Below, piece by piece: positions 38,696 through 47,324 of a stretch of DNA of 64,000 bases; positions within the stretch are counted from its first letter, which is position 1, and every line of letters starts with the position of its first letter. The notes under the pieces were generated by a model. That model was given only the letters and a program-made list of their open reading frames with translations. It had not been told where the DNA came from and ran no database searches. The position numbers and the translations under genes are program-made. This DNA comes from Acidimicrobiaceae bacterium. Lineage in GTDB: Bacteria; Actinomycetota; Acidimicrobiia; Acidimicrobiales; RAAP-2. The DNA is taken from the NCBI GenBank assembly GCA_003141095.1, contig PLKM01000010.1, forward strand, positions 36,693 through 100,692, in the 5' to 3' direction.

Positions 38696-39859
38696 ATGAG
38701 ATATCCGCGAAGGATCACTCGTGGCCGCGGCTTCCGCACAGCGATCGCCACCGCTGCCGTTGTCGCGATGGTCGGTGTCGCATCGAGGGACGCCCCGGCT
38801 GCCTCCGGTACGACCAGTGAGGGCGGGCTCCACATATATTCAATCAACGGTCGCCATTACGGCGTGCTCACAGCGATCCACGTCCTCGCCTTCAGCGGAA
38901 CTCAGTACTCGGTCAATATTGACCTCGCCAAACACGCCATCGACGGGGGTGAGCAGACCCCGAGCTCTATGTGCCAGACCACGGCTGGCTGCGTGGCGGC
39001 TGTCAACGGTGACTTCTTTGATCTGACGCACCCGGGTGTACCCGACCCGGGCGACGAGGTGGGCGGAATCATTCAAGACTGCGTCCTCCTTCATACCCCA
39101 GAGATCGCGCATCAGCAGGCCGATCTCCAAGAGCAGTCAGTCAGCGCGGGCCTCAACTGGAGTAGCACCGTCGACGTCAACGGCACCAGCGTACCGATCA
39201 CCGCCATTAACCAGGAACTGCCGATGTCGTACGTCAAGGTCAATCTCCCGTTGACCGGAACCCTGCTCTTCACTCCACCGTACGCCCTTCTAATCCCGTC
39301 CGCGACGGGGCGGGTCACGTATGAGTTCGCTCAAGTTGATGGCTCCACCAGTCCAACCACCATCAACACGACGGCTGAACTCCAACTCGTGGCGCAGACG
39401 GCAACAGCGGTGAAGGTCACCGCCGGTGAGGTCGACATCTCCGCGCCCACGGGGACGGCGCTCGCATCCTTGGAGGTCGGCAACACGGTAACGATGACAA
39501 CAACCTCAACCGCCGGGTGCGACAACATCGGAGCGCACCCGATCCTCCTCAATCACGGCGTGGTTGAGCCAATAGATCGTGCGGATACCTACATGATCAG
39601 GCCGTATGCGCGCACGGTCATTGGATGGACGGCATCGGGTGAGACGGTCGTCATGACTGTCAATGGCACGGACGGCGTGTCGGGCGCCACGGCGTACCAA
39701 CTAAGCAGGCTGCTGCAGTTCCTCCACGTGGTGACCGCCGTCGACCTTGATGGAGGTAATTCCACGACTCTCTATGCCAAGGGGCGCGTTCTGAATATCC
39801 CCTCACGTGGGACCGAGCGGCCGGTTTCGACAGGTCTGCTCGTCGTCCGGAGCCCGTAG
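38696..39859 (+). CDS. Secreted phosphodiester glycosidase family (NAGPA-like) protein
   Basis: Signal peptide; AVNGDFF, PYARTVIG, VDLDGGNST. Confidence 0.8.
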   Translation: MRYPRRITRGRGFRTAIATAAVVAMVGVASRDAPAASGTTSEGGLHIYSINGRHYGVLTAIHVLAFSGTQYSVNIDLAKHAIDGGEQTPSSMCQTTAGCVAAVNGDFFDLTHPGVPDPGDEVGGIIQDCVLLHTPEIAHQQADLQEQSVSAGLNWSSTVDVNGTSVPITAINQELPMSYVKVNLPLTGTLLFTPPYALLIPSATGRVTYEFAQVDGSTSPTTINTTAELQLVAQTATAVKVTAGEVDISAPTGTALASLEVGNTVTMTTTSTAGCDNIGAHPILLNHGVVEPIDRADTYMIRPYARTVIGWTASGETVVMTVNGTDGVSGATAYQLSRLLQFLHVVTAVDLDGGNSTTLYAKGRVLNIPSRGTERPVSTGLLVVRSP

Positions 39860-40226
39860 AGGCCGCCGGGCGACCCCCTCGACGATCCACGTCGTGCCCT
39901 CGACAACGGCCGTGGCTGTCGTCGCCCCCGCGATGGTCCGTCAGCTGAGCTCCACCGTGATGGTCCTACCCACGATGACACGCTGATGCGACCGCATCGC
40001 CACGGATCACTTATTGAGTCGGTCACGGATTCAGGGGTTGTTCTCTGAGGGAGAAACCAGAGGATGTCGGTGCAATCCTTTGCCGATGCCCTTCTGTCAT
40101 CGAAAGCAAATCGGCTAAGGCCTACCCTCAGAAGGGACTGATCTAGACAGCCGCGGAGATTCATTCGGATGAGCGTCAGCCCAAGCGACAGCGAGTTAGG
40201 ACCTGAGTACCTGGCCCGAAGATGAA

Positions 40227-40303
40227 TGGTGCGGCTGGAGGGATTCGAACCCCCGACCCTCGGTTCCGAAGACCGATGCTCTAATCCGCTGAGCTACAGC
40301 CGC
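40227..40303 (-). tRNA. tRNA-Arg(TCG): identical to the tRNA-Arg(ACG) at 45989-46065 except at position 34
   Basis: 77 nt with encoded CCA; anticodon arm TCGGT-CTTCGGA-ACCGA; all stems pair. Confidence 0.88.
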
Positions 40304-40594
40304 AGTTGCAAAACTTGTTTAGTCCTTGACGCCAGTTCGTTCACGCCAAAGCCTGCAAGGAAATGGTAGTACCAATGCGGCGACGCTGGGATTACGTGGG
40401 CTAGCCCTCACCCCTATCCTTTGGTGCAACGAAAGCTGGGGCCGCAACGACCCGAGCCACGAGCGCCCAGGGTTCGTGAGGCATCAACCGACTTCGTCTC
40501 CGAATCTGGACAATGCTTCGTTCCGGCAGTCCAAACCCCGCGAACGGCCGACGCGCCGGTAGTCTCTTGCTATCTCGACGGAGGAGGATTCTCG

Positions 40595-41074
40595 ATGGCA
40601 GAGTTGATTGGCGCGAGCACGTGGGAAGAGGAACTGTACGCGCACCTCACGTCACACGAAGTCACCGAGGGTGAAATACTGATCGAATACCGCGACGTCG
40701 CCGCGACGTCGCCGTCGAGCGCCTTTCGCTATCTAAGCGCCCTCATCCTTGAAGACGAGATCCGCCACCATCGGGTGTTCAGGGATCTGGCGTCAGCTCT
40801 GAAGAACGACGTGGAACTCGATCCCGAGGCACCCGCCGTACCCCACATCGGCAACTGGGGAGACGACGCGGCTACGGTCGTGCGCCTCACTGAGACCCTC
40901 CTCGAACGCGAGCGTGCCGACGCCAAGGAACTTCGCCATCTGGCTTCCGAGCTGAAGAGCCTCAAGCAGGAAACCCTGTGGCAGTTGTTGATCAAGTTGA
41001 TGGAGATGGACACGGCCAAACACATCGAAATTCTGAGGTTCGTGAAACGCAGCGCAACGAAATCGATGACGTAG
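40595..41074 (+). CDS. Ferritin-like/rubrerythrin-fold protein
   Basis: GGAGGAGG RBS; EDEIRHH and MDTAKH ExxH/DxxxH helices. Confidence 0.7.
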   Translation: MAELIGASTWEEELYAHLTSHEVTEGEILIEYRDVAATSPSSAFRYLSALILEDEIRHHRVFRDLASALKNDVELDPEAPAVPHIGNWGDDAATVVRLTETLLERERADAKELRHLASELKSLKQETLWQLLIKLMEMDTAKHIEILRFVKRSATKSMT

Positions 41075-41126
41075 GGTCCTTCGCGCAAGGTTGACGTTCC
41101 TAGTTGCCCTCACTGCATCTGGTGAA

Positions 41127-41203
41127 TGGTGCGGTTGGAGGGATTCGAACCACCGACCCTCGGTCCCGTAGACCGATGCACTAGCCCGCTGAGCTACAGC
41201 CAC
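41127..41203 (-). pseudogene. Degenerate full-length tRNA-Arg(ACG) copy
   Basis: Seven substitutions relative to 45989-46065, producing mismatches in the acceptor, D and T stems. Confidence 0.8.
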
Positions 41204-41542
41204 ACTCGGAGCAACATCGCGATGTTTAGCCTCAAATTCTTGAACCGCAGAACCTGAGACGAAGTTGTAGTGCCGCGACGCCAGCGCGCGAGACGTCGAT
41301 CGGTACGACGCCGGCGAGCGACCAGACGGCGACGCAGCGACGCTTTAGCCCGCGTCAGCATCGGACTCGTCGATGCCTGGATTCCTCTGATTGAAATCGT
41401 TCGGTTGCCCAAAGTAGTCTCGCCGCGTCCTCAGCGCTGGGGCCATTTCCGCACACTTCCTCGTTGACGCGGCGCCAGCGAGTCAATGTCGCCCCTCGGT
41501 GCATAGAGAAGTAATGTCGGCCCAGTGGAGAGTCTCGTAACG

Positions 41543-41695
41543 GTGAAGGCCAACAATGACTTTTACGACGACGTCCACTACCGACGACAGGGCCGTCCCG
41601 AGAGCACCTTGTGCGGGATGAAGACCGCTAGCTCACCGGCCTCGGGCGAGGCCACGTGCCTTCGTTGTCGCCAATTTGCCGCCGGGAACCTCTAG
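41543..41695 (+). CDS. 50-aa putative zinc-finger microprotein (below the ORF-track cutoff)
   Basis: GGAGAG RBS; reads VKANNDFYDDVHYRRQGRPESTLCGMKTASSPASGEATCLRCRQFAAGNL, with an H..LCG..CxxC pattern. Confidence 0.5.
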   Translation: MKANNDFYDDVHYRRQGRPESTLCGMKTASSPASGEATCLRCRQFAAGNL

Positions 41696-41879
41696 GTGAG
41701 ATCAGCCGTCGGCTCCATCAACGAATGAGATTGAGCGCATTACCGGGCTCGACGGCGGTTCGACCGCCGTGTGAAGGACAAGCGGCTCAAATCAGAAGGT
41801 ACCGGGCCCTCGTAGAACAGGACCAAACACTGCACGCTCTCCTGATTGCACATCGTCAACTTTTCTCGGACGGGCTTCG

Positions 41880-42977
41880 GTGAACCTCCCACGTGAGAAA
41901 TCGCCACGATACGCCTGGCTCGACCTTTTGCGCGCCATGGCGGTGCTCGTCGTCATGTGGGATCACTTCGTAGGGGAATACCTTGGCAACACAGGCCAGA
42001 CCTGGCTACCGGACCGAGTAGTGAACGCGGCTATCTTCCAGCCGCTCCACATCACGCAGTTCGGCGGATTCTTCGGGGTCTGTCTCTTCTTCCTGATCAG
42101 TGGCTACATCATCACCCGCGTCTCAACGAACGAAACTGCTTCGAAGTTCGCAATTCGCCGGGTACTTCGAATCTTCCCACCTTTGGCCGCGGCGGTGGCC
42201 CTCGTCATAGTGGGCGGCAAGATGGGGCTCTCGCTCTACGCTGTGGCCGCCGGCGCCACGTGGAAAGAGGCGCTCACCAACGTCACGCTGGTGAACTATT
42301 TCATGACTCCCCAGGTGATATTTGTGGGTGTGGGGTGGACGCTCGTGATCGAGGTCATCTTCTACAGTGAGTCGCTACTTCTTAATCCGCTCATCCATCG
42401 TCGACGGCTCATCCGATATTTCCCGCTTTGCGTGACCGCACTGAGTCTGTTCTTCATCCTGAGCTCACGTGACTGGACGAGTGGCTACTTCTTGTTCACC
42501 GTGTCCTCTATATACGTGCCAATCTTGGCGATTGGAAGTTCATTCTTTCTCCTCGAGAAGCGGATCATCAATCCGTGGATGTTCCTAGGGCTTCTCGCGG
42601 TCGGCTGCGGTGTCTTTCTCTACGGAACTCACAACTTCTATCCCCAGTTCATGAGCACCGCCAACTCCTACCCGATCTCGGCATTTCTTGCGATTGTGAT
42701 GTTCGCGGGCGCATGGCTCCTCCGCGGCGTGATCCCCACCTTCCGAGTCGTGAGGGCCGTAGCCCTCACGAGCTACTCCATTTACCTGTTCCACGGCGTC
42801 GTGGGTTTGCAGCTCATCGAGTACTTTGACCGTTCATTGGGCTACACGCTGTCGCTCGCAATTGGACTACTGGCCACTGCGGTAGCGGTAGGGGCCAGCT
42901 ATTTCATGATCGAACGTCCGAGCCAAAGGCTCGCGCGTCGGCTTACGACTCGAGAAAAGGCCCTCGAGGCGGCGTAG
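41880..42977 (+). CDS. Acyltransferase-3 (OafA-like) membrane O-acyltransferase
   Basis: LDLLRAMAVLVVMWDH, FFLISGYII, RRVLRIFP, WTLVIEVIFY, SYSIYLFH. Confidence 0.9.
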   Translation: MNLPREKSPRYAWLDLLRAMAVLVVMWDHFVGEYLGNTGQTWLPDRVVNAAIFQPLHITQFGGFFGVCLFFLISGYIITRVSTNETASKFAIRRVLRIFPPLAAAVALVIVGGKMGLSLYAVAAGATWKEALTNVTLVNYFMTPQVIFVGVGWTLVIEVIFYSESLLLNPLIHRRRLIRYFPLCVTALSLFFILSSRDWTSGYFLFTVSSIYVPILAIGSSFFLLEKRIINPWMFLGLLAVGCGVFLYGTHNFYPQFMSTANSYPISAFLAIVMFAGAWLLRGVIPTFRVVRAVALTSYSIYLFHGVVGLQLIEYFDRSLGYTLSLAIGLLATAVAVGASYFMIERPSQRLARRLTTREKALEAA

Positions 42978-43110
42978 AGACTCCGGACTTGACGCCACCA
43001 GCCCAAAGGCGGAGTGGCACTTTTAGGTGTCGAACAGGCGCTCGTGGCGTTGGCGAGCATCCGTCCGTCGAAAAGCACTGCCGATGCAGACCCAAACGAC
43101 TACCTGGACA

Positions 43111-43124
43111 TGCTTCTCTTGGTG
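43111..43124. repeat. Left target-site duplication (14 bp)
   Basis: TGCTTCTCTTGGTG, 13/14 identical to 45980-45993. Confidence 0.85.
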
Positions 43125-43156
43125 GGGATAGGTGACAAGGACAGCCGAAACGTCCG
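43125..43156 (+). repeat. Left terminal inverted repeat
   Basis: GGGATAGGTGACAAGGACAGCCGAAACGTCCG; 27/32 match to the reverse complement of 45948-45979. Confidence 0.85.
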
Positions 43157-43463
43157 GTAGTCACCCCTGTTTTCGAATACCCGCGCTTGTTCAAGTGATG
43201 GCGTTCCTGCATCTCAACACGTGGTGCGCAAGATCCCAGCCTCAACCCCCGAGCAAATCGGCGCCTTCCTTAGTTGTTCACAATCAATACCGTTACGTGC
43301 AACCCGCCATATGCTCCAATACCCGAGTCTGATGCAACCGGCGACACAGGAAATCACCCCGAAATTGTTACCCGCCCTTAATTGCCTTCACGCGGAGTCC
43401 TTAGAGGGCGCGGCAAGTATGGGTCATGCGTGGAGATGTTCTCCGCGCGAAGGAGGGACCACC

Positions 43464-43745
43464 ATGTACCGGACCACCGCCAATCGACTTCGCCGCATCG
43501 CCGTTGCGTCTGCCCTTACGATCGGCGCCAGCGGAGGAGCGCTCGCCGGGACCCTGACCGTCCTCGGCACGGGAACCAACGGCCCCGTGAGCGCCGCAGC
43601 CATTTCTCACACAACATCGAGCTCGTCCAAGGCGTCGCACACTGTGGTTGCGGCGGCGGTGCCGGTAGCGGTGAGCCAAGCGACAGCAACGTCGGCCACT
43701 ACCAGTCCGTCAGGGACCGCGTCGACGAAAACGCTTGACTCGTAG
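43464..43745 (+). CDS. Small secreted Ser/Thr/Ala-rich protein (element cargo)
   Basis: AGGAGGG RBS; RRIAVASALTIGASGGALA signal-like segment; low-complexity remainder. Confidence 0.6.
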   Translation: MYRTTANRLRRIAVASALTIGASGGALAGTLTVLGTGTNGPVSAAAISHTTSSSSKASHTVVAAAVPVAVSQATATSATTSPSGTASTKTLDS

Positions 43746-44063
43746 CACTCGACCTGAACCGTACGTAAGTCCAGGGTCATCAATTGCGTGGTGACCGAGG
43801 TGGACGACAATCTTCGGATTCTACGCGGCTCGTGCATTGGTCGGAAGGGCGAGCGTCGTTTGGGGCCAGCACGATTCGGCGTCTTCGTCTTGGACTGCTT
43901 TGAGTCTGAAATGCAATCGTTCGTCGAGGCCCGAGTCGCTACTTTAATCTGGTTGTGCTCTTCCGCTCATCGACGTCCTTGTAGATTGTCAGGGTGTGGT
44001 CGAGGTCGTTGACCGACGACTCGACCGTGTATGCCATCGTGGCAAAGTTGATTACGTTCGCCT

Positions 44064-44933
44064 TTACGGCACACGAATCGAGAGTGCGCCGGACGCGGTG
44101 ACCGATCGACCCTCGGCATCCACTCCCATAGCCGACACGGTGACACTCGCACTTCCTGCGCTCGCCCCTGTCAAGGTGTAGTCCAGCACCGTTGAAGCAC
44201 CCTTTGCGAGCTTGAATCCCGATGCGCTCGACGCAGGACCAGCAGTCAACGACGCCGACGAGATCGTCACAGCCGATGGAACAATCGAGTAGATCGGACC
44301 TGCAACCGCGGTCAACTTGACTGAGATCGTCGCTGTCGCACCGACGGCCAAGCTCCCCGAGGTGGCGCTTGAGGTGACCGACATCTGCAGTCGTCCGCCC
44401 TTCTTCAAGCGTATGCCCGAGTTGAAAATGAGGTAGATGGTCGGCGAATCGTTGTTCTGGCGGACATAGACGGGCACCCACATCTTCGTCCCCCGAGGGA
44501 CGATGACCCAGCATTTCGACACGTTCGTCTTGCAGCCCGAGACGACCTTCACCCCGCCGCCCACGAACCAGTCCAGGTGGTTGTACACGCAGCCAGCATC
44601 GCCACAGGCGACCGGCTTGGTCGACTGGAGCGGCGCGGGGCCCTTTAGTTTGAACTTGTCCTTCTTGTTCGCGACCGTGAGCGGAACGACGGTGCCGCCA
44701 CCCGGGATGATGTAGCCCTCGCAGTCGCCGTAGCCCGACCCGGTGTAGTAGCAGGTCGGAATCGGCGGGGGCTTCGTGGTGCCCTTAGCTTCGGCCACTC
44801 CGGAGCTCACAAGTCCCGAGACGACCACGACCGCCGCCATGACCAGCGCCGCCAACCCGCGGCGATTCCCTGACGCGCCGAGGCTGCGCTGAGCGGATAT
44901 CGACTGCTTCCCGTTCACAACTGAATACGTCAT
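44064..44933 (-). CDS. Secreted Cys-containing protein with a C-terminal Ig-like/DUF11-like domain (element cargo)
   Basis: Signal peptide ending AEA; six Cys in the N-terminal domain; beta-rich C-terminal part (ATATISVKLT, TVLDYTLT). Confidence 0.6.
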   Translation of the reverse strand: MTYSVVNGKQSISAQRSLGASGNRRGLAALVMAAVVVVSGLVSSGVAEAKGTTKPPPIPTCYYTGSGYGDCEGYIIPGGGTVVPLTVANKKDKFKLKGPAPLQSTKPVACGDAGCVYNHLDWFVGGGVKVVSGCKTNVSKCWVIVPRGTKMWVPVYVRQNNDSPTIYLIFNSGIRLKKGGRLQMSVTSSATSGSLAVGATATISVKLTAVAGPIYSIVPSAVTISSASLTAGPASSASGFKLAKGASTVLDYTLTGASAGSASVTVSAMGVDAEGRSVTASGALSIRVP

Positions 44934-45290
44934 CTGCTTGTTCCCTTCATCGTCACGGCGAGAACTCAGCGGCATCGGGAAACTGATTCGAATCAGACCC
45001 CAATGTCAAAAACAACATGCCCGTGACGGACTCATCGCCGCTAGAGTCGAAAGCCCTTTCAGCAGCATTCGACGCCCAGCAGAGTCGCTGCGAGCCGCCG
45101 TTCGAGGGAACCTTCAGCACCAAGTCACCGGGTGCTGTGCCTCCGATTCATACCAGACCGCTTGTTTACCATCTCCGGATTGCCGTTGGCAGCGGGCCCT
45201 TTCGTGCGAACGCCGATCTCAACCGGAGCGGTCCGGACGACGGATACTTTCGCAGCCGTTGCCTCGGACCTCTCATGTACACGCTTAACT

Positions 45291-45938
45291 TCAACACCAT
45301 CCAGGGTGACGCTTCGAACTTTCCTTGAGCCAATCGATCGCTCGCCGTTCACTGACTCCTGCAGCTTTGGCCACCGCTTTCGTACTTAGTTCTCGAAGAT
45401 TGGGTAGTACGAATCTCTTTAACTCGTCGTCATCGCTGTAGATCGTCAGGCGCTGGTCGAGTTTGTTCACCGATACCTCACCGGACGAGCGCTCCTCCAG
45501 TCGGTTCGCCTCCTTGCCGATGAGCACAATCTTTCCCGCTGTAATTGGTCGACGATGTAACAGTCGGATCGTCTGACGGTCACAGACCATTCCATCGGGG
45601 CCCAATACCTTGGACTCCGGATGGGATTCGTACCTGTTCACGACGTCGAGGAAGGTTTCCACGCGAGCGGCACCTGGGCGACTGACGCTCGTTGATAGTT
45701 CGTAGTGACCAGCACCAGGATTGTGCACGTCGATCTACTTCAAGGTTTCCCACGTGTGAGCATTCGTCTCGTAGGGGGCGACGAAGCGAAACGGCGAACC
45801 GATCTTGATTCCGTCGGGTGGCTTCGCACCGACTGCCGATGGCGCGAAATTGAAGGGCTTCACCCGTTTGTCAGACGGCACGTCACCATTGAGATGACGA
45901 AAAGCGCGTCGGACCGGCCCCTGCCGGCGCAATTGCAA
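45291..45938 (-). pseudogene. C-terminal remnant of a casposon-type family B DNA polymerase, 5'-truncated, with an in-frame TAG at 45735-45737
   Basis: Two same-frame ORFs read VKPFNF, FVAPYE, LK*ID (expected W), YESHPESKVLGPDG..CDRQT..LLHRR and LIGKEANRLEE, then an HTH. This matches my recollection of bacterial casposon PolB tails; not verified by search. Confidence 0.7.
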
Positions 45939-45947
45939 ATGCTTTCG

Positions 45948-45979
45948 CGGACGTTTCAGACGTCCCTATCACCTATCCC
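45948..45979 (-). repeat. Right terminal inverted repeat
   Basis: The minus strand reads GGGATAGGTGATAGGGACGTCTGAAACGTCCG. Confidence 0.85.
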
Positions 45980-45993
45980 TGTTTCTCTTGGTG
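45980..45993. repeat. Right target-site duplication (14 bp), overlapping the tRNA 3' CACCA
   Basis: TGTTTCTCTTGGTG; 45989-45993 are the last five tRNA nucleotides. Confidence 0.85.
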
Positions 45994-46065
45994 CGGCTGG
46001 AGGGATTCGAACCCCCGACCCTCGGTTCCGTAGACCGATGCTCTAATCCGCTGAGCTACAGCCGC
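45989..46065 (-). tRNA. tRNA-Arg(ACG)
   Basis: GCGGCTG acceptor stem, TCGGT-CTACGGA-ACCGA anticodon arm, GGTTCGAATCC, encoded CCA. Confidence 0.97.
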
Positions 46066-46136
46066 ATTGTTACTGGACGTCCATCGTAGCCGACCCGTGT
46101 TCACAGCCACGAGGCCGCCCTAAGTACCATGCAGAT

Positions 46137-47324
46137 ATGGCCCGATCCTTCATCGACGACCTTCCCTTGCTCCTCGACTTGATTAACGACCCAATGGTTG
46201 ATATTCGCCACGACCTTCACGCCCACCCCGAGCTCGCTTTCGAAGAACGCCGCACGACCCAGGTGGTGCGCGATCGTTTGATCGCCCTCGGCTGGGAACT
46301 CGGCGCGTGTCCGACCGAGACCGGCGCGGTCGCGGTGCTCAGGGGCGCGAAGCCCGGCAAGCGCGTAATGATTCGAGCCGACATCGACGGACTTCCCGTC
46401 ATGGAGGAGAGTCCGCTCTCCTTCGCGTCACTCAACGATGGGGTCATGCACGCGTGCGGCCACGACGTGCACACCGCGGCGCTGCTCGGGGTGGCCGATC
46501 TGCTCGCTCGACGACGCGAGGACCTCGCCGGCGAGTACACCCTGCTTTTCCAACCCGCCGAAGAGGGTCTCGGCGGGGCGCGAGCGATGATTGCCGGGGG
46601 TGTGCTGCACGACCACCCCGTTGACGTCGTCATCGGCGCTCACGTCACCTCGCTCGCCCCGGTCGGCTTCGTCGCCACTCGACCGGGAATCCTGATGAGC
46701 GAGGCGCGGGCCCTCACCGTGCAGATCAGGGGCAAGGGCGGACACGGTGCCATGGCCACCGTCGAGGGCAACGTGGTGCTCGCGGTGAGTCACCTCGCGC
46801 CCCGACTCGGTGAGGTCGTCGCCGGACTCAACTACGAAGGGACGGACTGCGCGTGCTCCGCGGGTGTCATTCACGCCGGCACCGCCAACAACGTGGTTCC
46901 GCGTCACGCGCGGCTTCGCGGCACTCTGCGTACGTTCACTCCCGAGCAGCAGCGTGAGGCGCTCCGTCGACTTGAGGCGCTGCTCGACGAGGTGGCGTCG
47001 ACGTTCGCCGTGGAATGCTCGCTCGAGTTCGGCGAAAATACCCCGGCGGTGCACAACAACCCCGAGATCGCGAAGCGCATTTTCGCGAGTGCGGCCCAAG
47101 TAGTGGGGCCCGCCAATGTCATGGAGTTTCCGCCGGCCTCACCGAGCGACGACATCTCCGAATTCTTGAACCGAATTCCTGGTTGCTACATGTTCATCGG
47201 CGGCGCCATGCCCGACGGTTCGAGCGGCATGCACCACAGTCCCGACTTCAGCGTCGACGACGCCGCGTGCCGCGCCGTCGCCGGCGTGCTCGCCGCGAGC
47301 GCAGTCGACCTCGCTCAGCCGTAG
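46137..47324 (+). CDS. M20 family amidohydrolase
   Basis: LHAHPELAFEE, RADIDGLP, MHACGHD, FQPAEE, HHSPDF. Confidence 0.92.
   Translation: MARSFIDDLPLLLDLINDPMVDIRHDLHAHPELAFEERRTTQVVRDRLIALGWELGACPTETGAVAVLRGAKPGKRVMIRADIDGLPVMEESPLSFASLNDGVMHACGHDVHTAALLGVADLLARRREDLAGEYTLLFQPAEEGLGGARAMIAGGVLHDHPVDVVIGAHVTSLAPVGFVATRPGILMSEARALTVQIRGKGGHGAMATVEGNVVLAVSHLAPRLGEVVAGLNYEGTDCACSAGVIHAGTANNVVPRHARLRGTLRTFTPEQQREALRRLEALLDEVASTFAVECSLEFGENTPAVHNNPEIAKRIFASAAQVVGPANVMEFPPASPSDDISEFLNRIPGCYMFIGGAMPDGSSGMHHSPDFSVDDAACRAVAGVLAASAVDLAQP

Larger units (their letters stand above)
43125..45979. mobile_element. Non-autonomous casposon-like element (2,855 bp) integrated at the 3' end of tRNA-Arg(ACG)
   Basis: 32-bp TIRs, a flanking 14-bp direct repeat containing the last 5 nt of the tRNA, and an internal casposon-type PolB C-terminal remnant. 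No cas1 was found inside. Confidence 0.78.

Noticed and set aside
39860-40200. Possible IS481-like C-terminal fragment on the minus strand.
   Set aside because: Only vague similarity, with an internal stop, no DDE core and no inverted repeats.
41270-41467. Arg-rich ORF ending PRPQRWGHF, faintly like PHPRHW-type HTH tails.
   Set aside because: Too weak, low complexity, and outside the TIR-bounded element.
43079-43110. Looked for a second, tandem casposon TIR left of the TSD and at the other tRNA-Arg copies.
   Set aside because: No CCTATCCC-like end or duplicated 14-mer was found by eye.
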